In this document: positions 1 through 13,165 of the stretch, piece by piece
How positions within the stretch are numbered: the first letter of the stretch is position 1
Layout of the letters: the number at the start of each line of letters is the position of its first letter
From: Octopus bimaculoides
Taxonomy: Eukaryota
Reading direction: 5' to 3'
Assembly (NCBI RefSeq): GCF_001194135.2
Contig: NC_068992.1
Location: forward strand, 2,281,688-2,345,687
DNA: 64,000 nucleotides
Notes under the pieces: model-generated
Seen by the model: only the letters and a program-made list of their open reading frames with translations
The model's database searches: none
What the model was told of the DNA's origin: nothing
Made by a program: the position numbers and the translations under genes

Positions 1-33
1 GACAGATAGATATATAGATGGATATGCACACAT

Positions 34-70
<37 letters not shown>

Positions 71-219
71 AATGTGTATACTCTACCTGCATATTTGTAT
101 GTATATATTTTATTTGTATACATATGTTCGTAGACACATATATACACGTATATACCGTATATGTACATATTTTTCTGTGTGTGTGTGTGTGTGTGTGTGA
201 TATATATATATATGTGTGT

Positions 220-300
<81 letters not shown>

Positions 301-335
301 GCACGTTCATACATACAACACATGCACACATATAT
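1..335. repeat. Compound (CA)n/(TA)n/(TG)n microsatellite
   Basis: Visible dinucleotide runs; they generate the IYIYIY/CVCV ORFs 110..385 and 124..366. Confidence 0.95.
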
Positions 336-1239
336 TTACGTATCCCACAGCAGCCAACGTCTTTGAAATAATTCCGAATCATCATTAAAGTGTAAACAGA
401 ATTGAGTTAGAAAAGGAAAAAATATTGCCTATAATATATACAAAGAAAAAAAATGGTTAAGAATGAGGGCTTCCGATGGATCAATGTGTCTTCTGAGACG
501 ATGTTTGGTGCACTTGTATGTATATTATATATATATCGCTCATTTGTATGTATGTATATCGTACTCGTCCATGACACAAGCAATTCGTTTTGACGGAAAC
601 CATCGAATTACTGTCCATTGATAAACATCAGTTGCAGAATCCAGAGAAAAGGAGCCAGCCCTAATATTGTAAGATAAGATGAAGAGAAAGCATTCAGCAA
701 CGTTCTGAATATATTTTAGTATCGTTAGTAATCTCACAACTGAGAAATATATCTAAGGTAAAATGGAAAGGAAGGTCGGTGGAGAGAGGATGAAAGTTTG
801 ATGTTAGAAAGCGGTAGACATGGAAGTGACTTCAAGTTACATTGATTGCATGCAGACGATGTAAATGATGGTGATATATTGATAAGTAGTATATCACTAT
901 TTGACAGGTTGATATCTGTGGAATGCATTAAATGAAAATAAGAAAAAAAAGGGAGTAAAAAAGAAAGAATAAAGAAAAAAGAGATGACCCCCTAACAAAA
1001 GAAGGAAATTGGTTAGGGATGGTTCCAGCAGAAGGAAACTTTTTATTCTATTTCTTTTCATTGATAAGATCTGAACTTGTATGGCGGCGGCTAAAGTTGA
1101 AGTCTGATCATGAAGATATATTGGAGTTGATCAAGATAGAAAAATAGCATCTGAAGATAAAATAGTATTTTCTAAAGCAGAGCACGCATACGCGCAAGCA
1201 ACACTGGCGTGCAGATGCACTGAGGAAAATACATATACC

Positions 1240-1242
<3 letters not shown>

Positions 1243-1331
<89 letters not shown>
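1243..1331. repeat. (AC)n microsatellite, about 44 units
   Basis: Uninterrupted AC run. Confidence 0.97.
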
Positions 1332-1337
<6 letters not shown>

Positions 1338-2089
1338 CACATATATATACACATATATATATACATATATATGTGTAAACTTTCACGATATTATGTCATA
1401 GTTACGTTGTTCTTTCAACAGTTGCACGAACAACTGACAGCCATTTTGAATAAACATTTTCCAGCCTGGTGTTCACTATTTGCGTCCTTTATACATAGCA
1501 TTCACACATATATATATATATACATTCCAGATGTACGCATTTGTATGTATGTATATATGTATGTACGAATGTATTTCAACAGGGTGAGGTGAATAGATAC
1601 CGAAACGACTAGCTGTTCTGCGAGGACATTAGAGGATAATTTCCTGTAATTTCTTTACGTAGAATAACAGGGTTTCTTTCTTCACGTTTGTTTAACTGAC
1701 AGACATAAATACATGGAGTCAAATACATGTTGAATCTTTGTCAACTTTCCGTAATTTAATATACACTTTTTACATGAACTAAAACTGTACTACTTAGATA
1801 TATTTGTGTCTATTTATCAAGTTTTCTGTACATAGGTACAGGCGCTTGCACACACACACATATACACAAACACACACACATACACACACACGCACACATA
1901 CACAAACACACACATACAGCCCCTAATAAACTTAAGATATTACAGATACACAGATATTACAGACCAAGTTTCCTGCATTCACTAAGATTAAAAAATATTT
2001 TTGTTTTTTAATATTTTTGTTGTTTTTGTAAAATCTCAGAAAATAATCAAAAATTGACATTTTTTTGTCAATCTATATACTACACTGGT

Positions 2090-2700
2090 CATGCATTGTC
2101 CAACAGCACGCTAAGAAAACACCTTTTTTTTCGTTTCCTTCATCTTTGGCGATGACAAGCACTGCTTTCCCAATTGGCCTCTCATATTTCACATTCTTTC
2201 GACAAGAACTTTACACAATTCTTAAATCGTAGTCTTGCTTTGTTTGTTTTTTTTTTGTTTGTTTTTTTGTTTGTTTTTTTGTTTGTTTTTAGGTGCTTTC
2301 CACAAACAGATTAGTGACATAGCATCTCCGATCATTCATGCGAATAAAGTGTCCAGTTCAATGTTAACGGTGTTTGTGTACCATTGCCTCAATGCTCAGG
2401 ATGTCGGTTCCCCTCAGAACTTATGCGTCTGAAGTTCGCAAGGACTAGCCAACATTCAGAATCTGTCTCAGACATCTCTGATGGAAGAGTTCTACGAACC
2501 TTACGTTCTGCCTGTAAAGGGTCGATGTCACACATGAATAACGGAGTGACGTCAATACACTCGCACGGTTCACAGAAATTATTGTTCGCCTTGTGATGTC
2601 ATGCTGGAACCGTACATGAGACTTAAGAGCCCTGAAGGTTTCAGGAGCCTTCGCCGTCTGAGGCCTTAAAGATATTTCTACATCCAAGGGGCAAGAACCG
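2090..2700 (-). mobile_element. Decayed RTE-clade LINE, C-terminal part of the RT ORF
   Basis: Minus-strand translation ...ASVLTSLRYSCVTSTLYRQNVRFVELFHQRCLRQILNVG, then SIEAMVHKHR*HWTGHFIRMNDRR, then RFKNCVK..WESSACHR. This follows the RTE pattern LLYGCETWTLY..LERFHQRCLR.IL..W / SIEA..QLRW.GHV.RM.D.R / R.KD..K..WE..A.DR. Interrupted by a (TTTG/T)n tract at about 2237-2290. Confidence 0.85.
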
Positions 2701-2837
2701 CTGAGAGTGCTTGCGACGTATTAGAATGTTTTAGTCATACGTATGACCTCGGATCGAGTGTTTGGCAAGCATGGGGGACCGAAATGTATGTGTATATGTA
2801 TGTGCGTCTAGGTACATATATATATACACACACACAA

Positions 2838-2876
<39 letters not shown>

Positions 2877-3026
2877 CAGCGAGTGCGACAGATTCTGTGT
2901 AGATTATTGCTTTAAAAGTCTATTTCTTAGCCTTCGTCCTGTATGAATTATGTCGTAGATCGCAATTGCATGGTGTCAGAATCAGAAAAAAAAAACAATG
3001 AAAGAATTAAAATCAAACATATAAAC

Positions 3027-3424
3027 GCGGGAGTAGCAACTTGGTAAGTAGCTTGCTCACCAACCACATGGTTCCGGGTTCAGTCCCACTGTGTGGCACG
3101 TTGGCGGAAGTGTCTTCTACTATAGCCTCGAGTCGACCAAAGTCTTGTGAGTGGATTTAGTAGACGGAAACTGAAAGAAATTCATCGTATATATGTATAT
3201 ATAAATATGTATGTGTGTGTATATGTTTGTCTCTGTTTGTCCCCCAACATCGCTTGACAACTGATGCTGGTGTGTTTACGTCCCCGTAACATAGAGGTTC
3301 GGCAAAAAAGACCGATACAATAAGTACTAGGCTTCCAAAGAATAAGTCCTGGAGTCGATTTGTTCGACTAAAGGCGATGCTCCAGCATGGTCACAGTCAA
3401 ATGACTGAAACAAGTAAAAGAGTG
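3027..3424 (+). mobile_element. tRNA-headed SINE, working family C, near full length
   Basis: tRNA-like head with B-box GGTTCAGTCCC, then GGCAC(C)TTGG..AAGTGTCTT (CORE-like), TGTGAGTGGATTT.GTAGACGGAAACTG, internal (TA/TG)n and tail TGACTGAAACAAGTAAAAGAG. Homologous copies at 18346, 41355, 52911, 60301. Confidence 0.9.
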
Positions 3425-3599
3425 TCGTTAAATACCTAAGAATTCGTCGACTATATCGACCAACCACTATTTACATTTAGTAAGCATTTCACCGTTTCCA
3501 TAGAGAAAAGTGGAAGTACATTTCTATAGGGATAGGTGCCAAAGTGTTGAGGAAAGAATGGAAGGTATTTTACTCTGGACCTTGATTGAAATAACATCT

Positions 3600-3710
3600 C
3601 ACACCGGCACAGGGCCAGAACGTACGAGAGAGGAGGGTGTAGTCGTCGGAAGTGACTTTTTTACTCGACTGTGATTTTATTTTACCGACCCTGGACGAAT
3701 AAAAGATATA
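3600..3710 (-). mobile_element. Old degraded SINE family B fragment
   Basis: Weak by-eye match to the 3' half of family B (ggcacagggcc...agtcg...ttttaccgaccc..gacgaataaaag). Confidence 0.4.
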
Positions 3711-3714
3711 ACTA

Positions 3715-3968
3715 ATGGATAGATAGCTAGCTAGCTAGAAAGACAGACAGACAGACAGACGGACGGAGAGATGGATAGACGGACAGACGGATGGATGGAC
3801 AGACAGATGCATGAATGGACGGATGGACAGACGGATAGATGGATGGACAGACAGAGAGATGGATGGATGGACAGACAGACAGATGGATGGATAAAGAGAT
3901 GGAAGGATGGATGGATGGACGGACGGATGGATGGACAGACAGATAAATGGAGATAGATGGATAGACAG
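3715..3968. repeat. Compound tetranucleotide satellite (GGAT/GGAC/AGAC/AGAT)n
   Basis: Visible mixed 4-mer array; explains ORFs 3731..3997, 3735..3986 and 3771..3956. Confidence 0.93.
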
Positions 3969-4714
3969 ATTTGAATGTGATAGCAATACTTAACCATTAA
4001 AATGTCTGCTAGTGTGTTATAGACAACTTCTTAATTTATCACACTGGCACAGGATAATGTAATATAATTATTGTACATCTAGTATTATGCGCCTAGTATT
4101 TTATGTCGAGTATTATTAATGCCGAAAGCATGTCAAGATCATTGCTTCGACCAGCTATCACTGAATTCGTGAATCAATCAGTCATTGGAGTCATGAATAT
4201 TTATATAAATTTTTGCATACAAATCTACGTTGAGGCGTGGAGCTTACTGTCGTGACTGAATAGTTTTATTAAAATGCTGTTTAGCTATTTACAGATTTTC
4301 ATGTTATAGAAGAAATGCCTAGACTGAAATATTAAAGATTGCTAACTACTTTTGCTATCAAGTCTGATATGATTTTGTTAAATTTGTCTTCACCGTCAAT
4401 TGCTAGTCGTTTAAATAATATAGCGAAACAACGAAGCAGAACAGATCTAGCGTAAATATCACTCTTGATTCTGATTGGTGGAAGCGTTATCATGTGATGT
4501 GCGGCTAACTCTGTTTATTGAAAAGGAATGCATCTGAGGAACTGAGCAAAGATTTTCTTAATAGATAAACACAATATCGATTAACGTTTAATATTTCAAC
4601 GTTTAATTAATATTAATATTTATTTTAACTTCTGCGAAACAAGAAGGACGAACAATACCGACCTTTAAAAAGCTGTGGTGGGTGAAACTAAATTAAAAGA
4701 AGCTTTCTCTAACT

Positions 4715-4829
<115 letters not shown>

Positions 4830-4904
4830 AGTTTACTCTTTCATACATAAATACTCAAGCACACACAAATATATAAATATACAGTGTGAGAAAGAGAAAG
4901 TGAA

Positions 4905-5070
4905 CATCTACTTACGCCCTCCATTTTCCAAGATATTATCCAGAGAATTTGAAAGATATTTGGCTAAATTGTAGCAGTCAGATCGTTAATGTTGAGACTA
5001 TCCTCACCGAACCATCCCCACCACCTAAAGTATTCCTGATTTATAAAGGTTGATCCAATTGGAAATATTC
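4905..5070 (-). mobile_element. Possible highly decayed Penelope-like RT fragment
   Basis: Minus-strand frames give NLYKSGIL / RIVST / YNLAKYLSNSLDNIL, reminiscent of the PLE motif PKIHK..IPLRPIVS..TY.LAKYL; needs frameshifts. Confidence 0.3.
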
Positions 5071-6960
5071 CTACTGTTATAATATATGTTAATTATATAA
5101 AATGATCAGAGAAAACCAAATGTAACCTTTTAGGAAATATGAAAGTGTTATTGCGCGCAATTAAAAAGATTCTGTATAATATTTTAGTCGTGTAACAGGA
5201 GTGTTTTCATTGAGCTGGCATCTACAGTGTGTAGAAGGACCGTTTAGGTTTAGCCTAAGAGGGTGAGTAAATATTTGTTTGGTAGATATCTGAAACTATA
5301 GATGAGGGAACTGCGTCCTTGTAATAAGGATCCTTTGTTTTAGAAAGAGTTTAGGCGTAATTTTTAATTAACTTAATTGATTTGGAATTTGTGATAGAGG
5401 TTCGGGACTACATTAAGATTCGGGGCTAAATACCATTATTAACAACTCACTAGTATTGCTGCTGCTGCTGTTGTTGTTGTTGTCTATCCCCCTGTTTTGT
5501 TTCATAATGGAAACAAAATATCGGAGATTGAGTTTCTATATTTTCTAAATTTTCATTTTTTTTTTGTTTGCTTTTATTATTCTAGAGGAAAGTAAAAATT
5601 CTAACAAATATTTCATAAGGAGTTGAAACAAAAAGTTTGAATACATGAGAAAGAGAGAGAGAGCGTGAAAGAGAGAGAGACTGTGTGGAAGAGAGAGAAA
5701 CCAGCAGACAGAGTGTTAGAAAATGGGGGTTACTCTATACGAGAACGTGAATGTATGTGAAGAAACTTGAGAGAATGTTAAAATATTTAAGAGAAAATTT
5801 GTGAGAAATTAAAGAATGTACAGGAAGGCGGTGTCAGCGAGGGAGTGAAGGAATGACTAATTGAGTGAATGAATTAGCAAACGAACGAGCAAGTAAATGA
5901 GATGATGAGAGAGAAAGAGAGCGAAAGAGAAGAGAGATGCTGAGAGGGATTGAAGATATATTACATTTAAAAATAGTGGATAGGGTTTCATTATTTAGAC
6001 TCGTCTACGAATGAATGCTTGGAATTATGAATCTGCTTTCGATGTTTGTTGAATCGGAAGTAAAAGAAAACAGTGAGTTCCGTTTGAAGTTATTTCTGTC
6101 GATTGTGCAGACGGAACTAGCTCAGATCTCATTAAAAAATGTTAGCTGGTTCTTGTATTTTTGGAAAGCCATGCGCAAAGGTGCAACTAGTTATGATTAT
6201 ATTTAGAGTAACAGTAAGTTGGAGTTTGTGATCACTGTTGATATTATGTGTCAAAATTGTCTAAGATCTAATCCAATTAGTAATTTAATGAGTTTACTCT
6301 GAATATATCTGGTGCCAAATACATCAAGTGAGGTTATTGATTCAACTTTGACTACAGAGTATGAATCTGATGCTTTCTTGTAGAGAGGCAAAAAGTGCGT
6401 GGGAATTTTTTTTACTGTTCCTCTACAAGCAGAAGATATCGAGAGATTAGTGTTTGCTTCTGTAAATGTTACTTTCTGGCTTAACTTGCTACCAAAGACT
6501 TTCTTCAAGGATATAACTACACACACACACACACACACATATATATAGTGAATACAGTTCTGTATTTAAGAGATGAAGAATTATGTACATTATTTGCATT
6601 TCACTTGATAAGGCTGGAGGGGATATCAGCCTTAACGTTGTGTTAACAACAAACAAGATGCGGACAAATATCCGTTGAATGTAAATAATATATAGTAAAT
6701 CCAAACAAAAACGAAAGAACAAGCACGCGAGTACGTGGTACATGTAAAGTATTAACAGACGTTCAGGGAAGGAAAGAAAGGTGGTTTTACGTTTCGAGCA
6801 AAGCTCTTCTGCAGAAACAGGAGACAGGGGAAAGTCCAAGAGAAAATGAAGACGGAGGAAAAAAAAAGCGCCAACGATTCACATGTATGTATGGATGGAT
6901 GGATGGATCGATGGATGGATGGATGGATCGATGGATGGATATTGTGTGTGTGTGTGTGAG

Positions 6961-7226
6961 GGTGCGTGGCCTAGCGTTAGGGTGTTGCATTCATGATTGC
7001 TAGATCGTGATTTCAATTCCTAAATCGGTTGATGAGTTGTGTTCCTGAGCAAAACACTTTATCTGACGTTGCCCTGTGATCATCTCAAAAACTGGACACA
7101 AGGTACACTTGTGCACCACCTGTTCAGGCAGCATCGAATTTGATGGAGGAGGGAGTGAACTAATGTACAGCACGTACATTGGATCACTGTAAACAAATCA
7201 TTTGCGCTGTTCGTTTGGCGAAAGCT
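6961..7226 (+). mobile_element. tRNA-headed SINE, working family D
   Basis: Head GGTGCGTGGCCTAGCGTTAGGG..TTCAATTCC followed by TTGTGTTCCTGAGCAAAACACTTTA; head homologous to the minus-strand copy ending at 23532. Confidence 0.75.
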
Positions 7227-7402
7227 GATCACTTGGTCTGCAATGATTGTAGTCGTGTTTGCTTGTCAAGAGCAAGGTTCATTAGCCACCAACGGAACCG
7301 CAAATGCAAAATATATGTTAGTCCTAGAGCGCACAATGTTCCTGAAGGTCAGCAACGGTCTTCCTCGGTCACGAGTGGACGGCCATCATGTATGTATGTA
7401 TT
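7227..7402 (+). mobile_element. RTE LINE extreme 3' end with C2H2 zinc finger and (ATGT)n tail
   Basis: Translation DHLVCNDCSRVCLSRARFISHQRNRKC matches the RTE terminal C..C.R.C.SR.GL.SH.R finger; followed by a short 3' UTR and ATGTATGTATGT. Confidence 0.75.
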
Positions 7403-10034
7403 ATGAATTTTTATTACTCATGTTGTTTAAATTATTCCTACCGCTGTTCAAATTACGAAGCTAATATTAACTCTTCAGACATTTTGCATCATAATTTGGC
7501 GGCAATTGTTATAAAAGTATTTTGGTAAGGTATAATAGTTGAGAAAAATGAAGAGTTTGTAATTTAGTGTATGTTGCTAGGATGAGGTTATAACATAATT
7601 CATTGAGTTCAATATATAAGTTTGTTATAATCAGAATTTGTGAAACTCATTTTAATTTTGTGCTGAAAGAAATTCAATCTAACTTTACTGCTAATGTCAT
7701 TTAGAAAGAATGTCTTGTAGTCACATTCCTTATTGCTTTAAATATGTAAATAAGTTATCAATAGAGATTAAACTAGTTCCGATACAAAGAGATTATTGAT
7801 AATGGTGAGCTTTCATAGTGGTCTATTGGAACGTTTCTTTTGTCAAGTCTATGTGAATAGTTTTAATAATTTAGAAAGCATTTTATTATATATTTAGTGA
7901 AAATAGACGTGAAAATAGGGCGACGTTGTAAATGTAGCCCAAACCCACAAGGAACAGAATTTAATAATTCAAAGTAATTATAACGGCTACATGGCCGTTG
8001 ATAATTAAAATCATTATTTCTATCACATTCCTTGAACAGTCTGTTGTGTAAACCATCTAAATTTTCATCAGAAGTGTCAAACTTTTATTGGAAAGAAATA
8101 CCGATTGTTCGTAATTGCCAGCAGACGACACGAAGCTTTCCAGCCTACTGTTTCTGCCTTGCCTACATTTTGACACCCAGTTTTGAAATGTTTAATTCTG
8201 TAATGTTAAACTTATTTTAGAGATGTTTTTTAGGAGTTGTGAGAAGTATAACTGAGTTGTCCCAGTAAAAGATGATTTGGAATTATTGGAAATAAAATAT
8301 TAAAATATTAGAGAAAAAAATAGCGTTTATAATAATTGATTAAAGTAATATTTCGATCGAGTATAGTGAAGCACGAAGTCGACCCTATAAAGGCCTTTTA
8401 TTTTATTATTTTAAAATAATATTTAAAAATGGATATAAAATGAAGGAATCTCAACAATTTAAATGCTTTTGTATTTTTCTTTGTGGTATTTGTTTTTCTG
8501 CAACGATCCTCGTAATTCAACCAATTTTGCATAATAAGCAAAAAGAAAAACATAAACGTAAATATTTTAAATGTTAGATTTGTGATTTGCAGCCGCACTG
8601 TAGTGTGGCACCATCAATATTCAGATAAATCCTTGGATTCTAGTAACCAAAGCAACTAATCTGCTGCTGAAATATAATTCCTGACAACTGGAAATTGCTG
8701 TTGCATTTTGGTGGAGTCATGTCTTCTGTTTGCCAAACAGTCGCCTTATTGCTATGCATCCTTTTATTCATTTCATAGCAATCAAGGGCATTTACCGGTC
8801 AGACGCTTACGAAAATTGTCTCGGTGTGTCTTTAATGTGTAGCAAACACAATTTTACGATCTACATCAATGTCTGTAAAGCACACAATTTCAAACTAAAT
8901 TTATTGCCGAATATATCCGAGCAAAGACTAATAATTGATGTTTGAATTAAAACAATAAAGCCAGTTAAGCATAATTCCATTTAACCAGCCTTAACTTATT
9001 TAAAAAAGTAATAAAATTTATATAAATTCTTAAATAAAAATTCTCATAATTATAATTTCAGTTTCTTTTCTTCTCAATTCTCCTATTAATGCGTGTGTGA
9101 TGAGTATTAATGTCAATTCCACGCTTCCATTAACGTGATATTTATCTGCAAACGTTTATACCATTCGAGTTCGTTCATTTCTCTTCGACAATTAAAGGAT
9201 TTTGAGCAATTTACATTAGTGTTTGTGTGTATATGAAAGGGATGAACGTGTGAGTGCGTGTGCATGCATATAAATGTGTTTACATGTGTTTACATGTGTA
9301 TATGTGTGTGTAAATATTTTTTCCATGTTTATTTGACTGGTGTCTTTTATTTCATGTGTTGCCTTGTTTTCTGCCATTACTGACGCTTGTTTCTTTATCT
9401 TCTTGTAGTTTTAATATTTTATTTCATGTTTTTTCTGTGTATGTTTGTGTTTATTTATTATACCAGTTATTGATCTGTTTGTATTGGAAATGTTTGTTAT
9501 GAGGAAATATTATAACTGGAATTAATCTAACTTTACCGCCCATTGAATAAAAACGAGAATTTACAGAGATTTGCATCGGTTTTTATTATTTCTTTTCAAA
9601 TGGATTCGATCTGTTGGCTTCAATAGTAATGACTGCGATGACGACGACGAAGATTATTATTGTTGTTGTGGAGGTAGTGTTGGTGGTGGCAGTGGTGCCG
9701 AGTGGGAAAGTAAGGAGCGGATGATCAGTATCATTATCATGTTAATGATGATGATTTTCTGCACAGAAGTAATAAATTAGATCCTAACTGCTCGCTTTAG
9801 TACAGAAGATGAAGGTGATGATGATGACGACGATGATGATAATGAAGATGATGATGATGCTGATAATGAAGATGATGACGATGATGATTATATATATTTT
9901 TTTTTTTTTACATCATAGAATTAATTCCTAGCATCAATTCACTGTAAAACCTCTCGAATGAATACACAAGGATTGTTAAAATGCTTCAGTGAATTTTATT
10001 TCTTTGGAATTCACACGCACAAGTATACACACAA

Positions 10035-10115
<81 letters not shown>

Positions 10116-10604
10116 TGTATGTATATATGTATATATATATATGTGTGTGTGTATATGTGCATTTATGTTTGTGTATATATGTGCGTGTATATATCCGTAT
10201 GTATGTGTTATATATATATATATGTATATATTGTTATATAGCATAGCCTTTGTATTCCCCCCCCCGGCTGCGATGAAGGATGGGTGGTGATCATGATTTT
10301 AACAGCGTTCTTGGTCTTGCTGTTCATGTTGTTGTCGTTGTTCTTGCTGTTGTTGTTGATGCTGTTTTATTTGTTCGTATCGTGAGGTTTTCATTTTCAT
10401 TACTCACATCTCCTATAATTGTCAATTACGTAAGATTTCTTTACCAAACCGCTTCATCCCTTCTCTTTCGAAACATGCACGCCAACACACGCAGGCTCCA
10501 CCAATATTGTAACGTATCTAGCTTGATATGTTTGTGAGTGGGGAGTTCGGGTGTGCATCTATATGCAAAAATTGTGTGGTTGCATGTATGAGTGCGTGTA
10601 CCAT

Positions 10605-10641
<37 letters not shown>

Positions 10642-10759
10642 CATTTATATACACATGCATAAGTATATATATATGTACTTATGAATGTATATGTATATAC
10701 GGATACATACATATATAAATACATATGTACATATGGACGTTTATATAAGTATACAGTAG

Positions 10760-10797
<38 letters not shown>

Positions 10798-11133
10798 CTG
10801 TCTCTGTGTGTACATACATGTATACTTATATGCAGATATATGCATATATTTTTGTGTATCTGAGGCATATGGAAATGCATGCGAAAGCACGCAATGTAAC
10901 ACACCCATAAACATAGAAATAAAGCACCAACCACCCTCATACACACACAAATATATATGCAATAACTATGAATAAGAAGTCTGCGGTTACACATAAGCAG
11001 ACATGCAAGCGTATTGCAGCAACACACAGACGTGCCTTTTCACGGGGAAATCTTTCTTAAAAAGTCAAACAACGAGAACACACACACACACATACACACA
11101 CACACGCACACACACACACACACACACACATAC

Positions 11134-11670
11134 ATGATTTGGGAGAGAGGAGAGAAACTGTGCGCAGTTGTGTAAATTAGCTGCCCAGCAAACGTTAACA
11201 TGAAGATCAAGGAAAAAGAGAACACATATGCTGAACTATTGAGAAATCTGTAGTAACTCTATCCAGATTACAAGTTCAGGTTTATACCTGTAATTATTGA
11301 GGTTCTGGGATATATGACACACTGTCTAAAAACCAATCTTGAGAAATTAGCCTTCTCAAAACCAGAAGGGAGAAAGCCAATTCGAAAACTACAGATCCAA
11401 TCTATTACTGGCACTGTAAAAATCTGTAAAACTTTCCAGAAGTTTATCATTTAAATATATATGAGAATGTCTAGATATGTAACTCTATGCATGAGAATAC
11501 GCGCATAAAACATACAAATCTGCACGTGCATACATACATGCAAAAATACCCTGTTGTTGATGCTGACATTCCTGTGAAAGAACCTTGGATCTAGGTTAGA
11601 AACCGGTTCTTTCTCTATTGGCCAGTAATCTTGAAATAAACCGAATAAGAGCATACATACATACATACAT
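11134..11670 (+). mobile_element. 5'-truncated R2-superfamily (R4/Dong or NeSL-like) non-LTR retrotransposon: restriction-like endonuclease C-terminus plus 3' UTR
   Basis: Single frame 11134-11454: MIWERGEKLCAVV*ISCPANVNMKIKEKENTYAELLRNL**LYPDYKFRFIPVIIEVLGYMTHCLKTNLEKLAF..LQIQSITGTVKICKTF, fitting the REL pattern (E/D)..P...N...K..EK..KY..L..E....VPV.IG.LG....L..LG..LQ...GT..I. Flanked by (CA)n upstream and (CATA)n downstream. Confidence 0.8.
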
Positions 11671-11971
11671 ATATGCTTACATGGGTAGATGCAAGAGATT
11701 AATAGCAGAAAAGGTTACACGGACATGATTATAGAGATATATCGGCGTACTCACCCGCCCGCACCCGAACACATATAAATACTCTCATCAACAAATATAT
11801 ACACATGTATAGATACACACAGAACTATATTATAACCGCAAGTATACATTTACATAGATATATTTGAGAAGAAAACAGATACAGAAACATTTGTACACAA
11901 AATAAATTTACTGAATTCGTTGTGGAACGAAATAATCTGTAACAAACTAAAGTTTACTTTGATGTGGTATA

Positions 11972-12193
11972 CAGTATTGCCTCGACTATCGCGGGTGTTA
12001 CGTTCTCAAACCCCACGCGATAGGTGAACATCCGCGAAGTAGAAACAGCACTGTACTGTATATTTTTAAGATTATTTTTATAATTTGTATATATTTATTT
12101 TATTATAAATGCAAAACAACACCACGGAGGAAACGACGTAAGCTTAAATAATAAACCGCGATAGGTGACCCGCGATATGGCGAGGGGTTAGTG
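11972..12193. mobile_element. pogo/Tigger-type MITE, 222 bp
   Basis: TA|CAGTATTGCCTCGACTATCGCGGGT at the left end and ACCCGCGATATGGCGAGGGGTTAGTG|TA at the right end (imperfect TIR, TA target duplication); subterminal CGCGATAGGTGA occurs twice; AT-rich core. Confidence 0.8.
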
Positions 12194-12413
12194 TATGTAA
12201 GCCTGTGCACGTATGTACATATAATATGATATAGTCCGTTTATGAAAATACATTGTATTTTCAAGATGTCTCAGGCCCTGGAAATTCTAGGCAATCATTA
12301 AACGATAGACATCAACATACCACTGAAACGGGCATGAGATATATATTACAGCTATGTGGAGTTTCTAGTATTACATTTTGGGTTGAGAAAGCTCGTGCTA
12401 TAAAAATATAATT

Positions 12414-12414
<1 letters not shown>

Positions 12415-12506
<92 letters not shown>
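12415..12506. repeat. (GT)n microsatellite, about 46 units
   Basis: Uninterrupted GT run. Confidence 0.97.
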
Positions 12507-12508
<2 letters not shown>

Positions 12509-13132
12509 CTGCAATTCCAGAACTACAGTACTGGGATTAGGGAGTTAGTTCTGTTCTCAAAGCAATATTTTCTAAAACTAAACGGAAAATAAATTTGATC
12601 TGTTGACAACAACTGTTGGTAATAAACAAAAGCCCTTCAACAGGATTCTTATCTAACTCGTGCATTAAAGTGAATTTGAACGAAGCATAAAACGTGTGTA
12701 AAATGAAATCCAGGGGCATATTTATGCCAGTGTTGCAGTGTTTGCGTGTTCTTGTCATCTAATGACGTATTAATGAAGATGAGGCAGGCGCCTTAGATTA
12801 AAGAGCTAAGTTGACGTAGAAAATGACTCTATAACTCTAATTTCATTCTTCCTTGTCGCTATTTCATTTCGTTTATGTTGTTAATGTCCCTATGAAGAAT
12901 TCCTCCTTCCAATAAATCATATGACAAGGTTAACTAACGATATCTCATAGATGTAGGCCACTTCCAAATCCTGGCAATATCAGAAACAGTAAATCATATT
13001 TTATTTTGATCACAGAATTCAATAATGTCTATAATTTTCTATTATATGCCTGGCATTATTGTTTGTAGTACTATCGAAAACATTGATATATCGTTTAAAT
13101 CATACAAAAATGACAATAACAATGATAATAAA

Positions 13133-13165
13133 TTCTATTTGTATTCTTTATCTTTTCAGGTAAGT
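13133..13165 (+). promoter_or_regulatory. Candidate recursive splice site: polypyrimidine tract-CAG|GTAAGT
   Basis: ttctatttgtattctttatcttttcAG (AG at 13158-13159) directly followed by GTAAGT (13160-13165), in sequence not recognisable as a repeat. Confidence 0.5.

Noticed and set aside
540-752. Open minus-strand frame behind a strong acceptor (ccttcctttccattttaccttag)
   Set aside because: Peptide unrecognised, only weak donors, and it gives a stop when joined to the 16583-16610 candidate.
1575-1620. AACAG..TGAGGT..ACCGAAAC..CTGTT hammerhead-like geometry
   Set aside because: CUGA box and NUH triplet are both missing.
3027-3100. tRNA-like sequences at SINE heads
   Set aside because: They run directly into SINE bodies and lack complete cloverleaves, so they are not tRNA genes.
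5199-5262. 64-nt + strand exon candidate ending GAGG|gtgagt
   Set aside because: Acceptor lacks a real pyrimidine tract; peptide unrecognised.
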